This document shows positions 63,277-64,000 of a DNA stretch of 64,000 bases, one piece after another. Below the pieces are notes generated by a model. That model was not told where the DNA came from. It was given only the letters and a program-made list of their open reading frames with translations, and did no database searches. How positions within the stretch are numbered: the stretch's first letter is position 1; each line of letters starts with the position of its first letter. Source of the stretch: Cytophagales bacterium (GTDB lineage: Bacteria; Bacteroidota; Bacteroidia; Cytophagales; Spirosomataceae). Position numbers and translations under genes: made by a program. Where the stretch lies: the NCBI GenBank assembly GCA_013298805.1, contig JAAFIU010000003.1:49-64048 (forward strand). Direction: 5' to 3'.

Positions 63277-64000
63277 CTAAATAAGTCTTTTAAACATTTC
63301 TTGTTGTCGTCTTACCTGTTCTACACTATCTACTTCAAATACATCTTGAATATGACGATTCCCCTCATACTCGCTTGATAAGTAACCATCGAATCCTCCC
63401 TTTTTCAAAACCTCAATAATTTCTTTATATGGAATACTATACTCTGTATAATCGTCCTGCATATCATAAAATTTTGCATGGATATGAAAAATCTTGTCCA
63501 TGAAGGGCAACAAACTGTTGGGGTTGTTGTATATATTATGCCTTGTCAATTCGGCAACGGCATTATCTATGGGACGTTGTGACATTTGACGAACTTCGGC
63601 GATAATATATTCTGCCATCACCGCTTTTTCATGTTGCTGACAAACGAATTCCACAATCTTTTCATCAGCTCCTTGTCTAATCATACGGTCGGTCATTACT
63701 TTTGCCAAGCGTTTAGTAAACATCCCCATATCAGGAATAAAACCTAAATATTTTGAACCTGTTTTTTCCATAACTTCGTGGTGACGAGTCATCCAAGCAG
63801 AATTAATATGCCAAGGTGAATGAATTTCGATACCCAACTTCACGTTGTATTCTTCAGCAATTGGAGCAGCCCGCTCCATAATTTCAGGTGACGTGCTTAC
63901 AATTATACGAATCACTTTAAAACCCAAACGATTCGCAAATTTTATATCTCTAACCAGTGATTCTACTTGCTCATCCTCAGTCATAATTTTGTTTTTGAAA
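63277..64000 (-). CDS. Second TIM-barrel C-deglycosylase alpha-like subunit (5' end outside the window)
   Basis: GIEIH, GFIPDMG, HIHAKF, SSEYEGNR; the frame runs to the window edge. Confidence 0.8.
   Translation of the reverse strand, partial: FKNKIMTEDEQVESLVRDIKFANRLGFKVIRIIVSTSPEIMERAAPIAEEYNVKLGIEIHSPWHINSAWMTRHHEVMEKTGSKYLGFIPDMGMFTKRLAKVMTDRMIRQGADEKIVEFVCQQHEKAVMAEYIIAEVRQMSQRPIDNAVAELTRHNIYNNPNSLLPFMDKIFHIHAKFYDMQDDYTEYSIPYKEIIEVLKKGGFDGYLSSEYEGNRHIQDVFEVDSVEQVRRQQEMFKRLI

Overview
AT-rich bacterial chromosome segment that looks like Bacteroidota, probably Cytophagales. This rests on gene content, A-rich translation starts without Shine-Dalgarno sequences and TAnnTTTG promoter motifs; the taxonomy is an inference. 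Left to right it holds: a 5'-truncated hipA fragment; a DeoR-associated sugar operon matching the non-oxidative D-apiose pathway layout (split transketolase, FGGY kinase, ABC transporter, DUF2291) but with a fucose-isomerase-family enzyme and DUF1593; a ZIP transporter; a gallate-type lower meta-cleavage cluster (galB/galC/galD-like) headed by a VOC-type extradiol dioxygenase instead of GalA/LigAB; phnA; a DUF3500 + HupE/UreJ pair; carbohydrate esterase and dehydrogenase genes; a frameshifted IS1182-family element; an IorAB-like molybdoenzyme; AraC/aldo-keto reductase modules; a CzcRS-CzcCBA-like efflux system; and a C-glycoside deglycosylation cluster (pyranose-oxidase-like GMC enzyme plus two alpha/beta deglycosylase pairs) running off the right edge. 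Overlaid on these genes is a dense set of small palindromic elements: 7-nt-periodic inverted-arm elements (one enclosing a four-helix-bundle gene, the rest empty), MITEs with target-site duplications, nested REP-like hairpins and tiny GC-rich insertions. Several lie in frame inside enzyme genes. No rRNA, tRNA or CRISPR array was seen.
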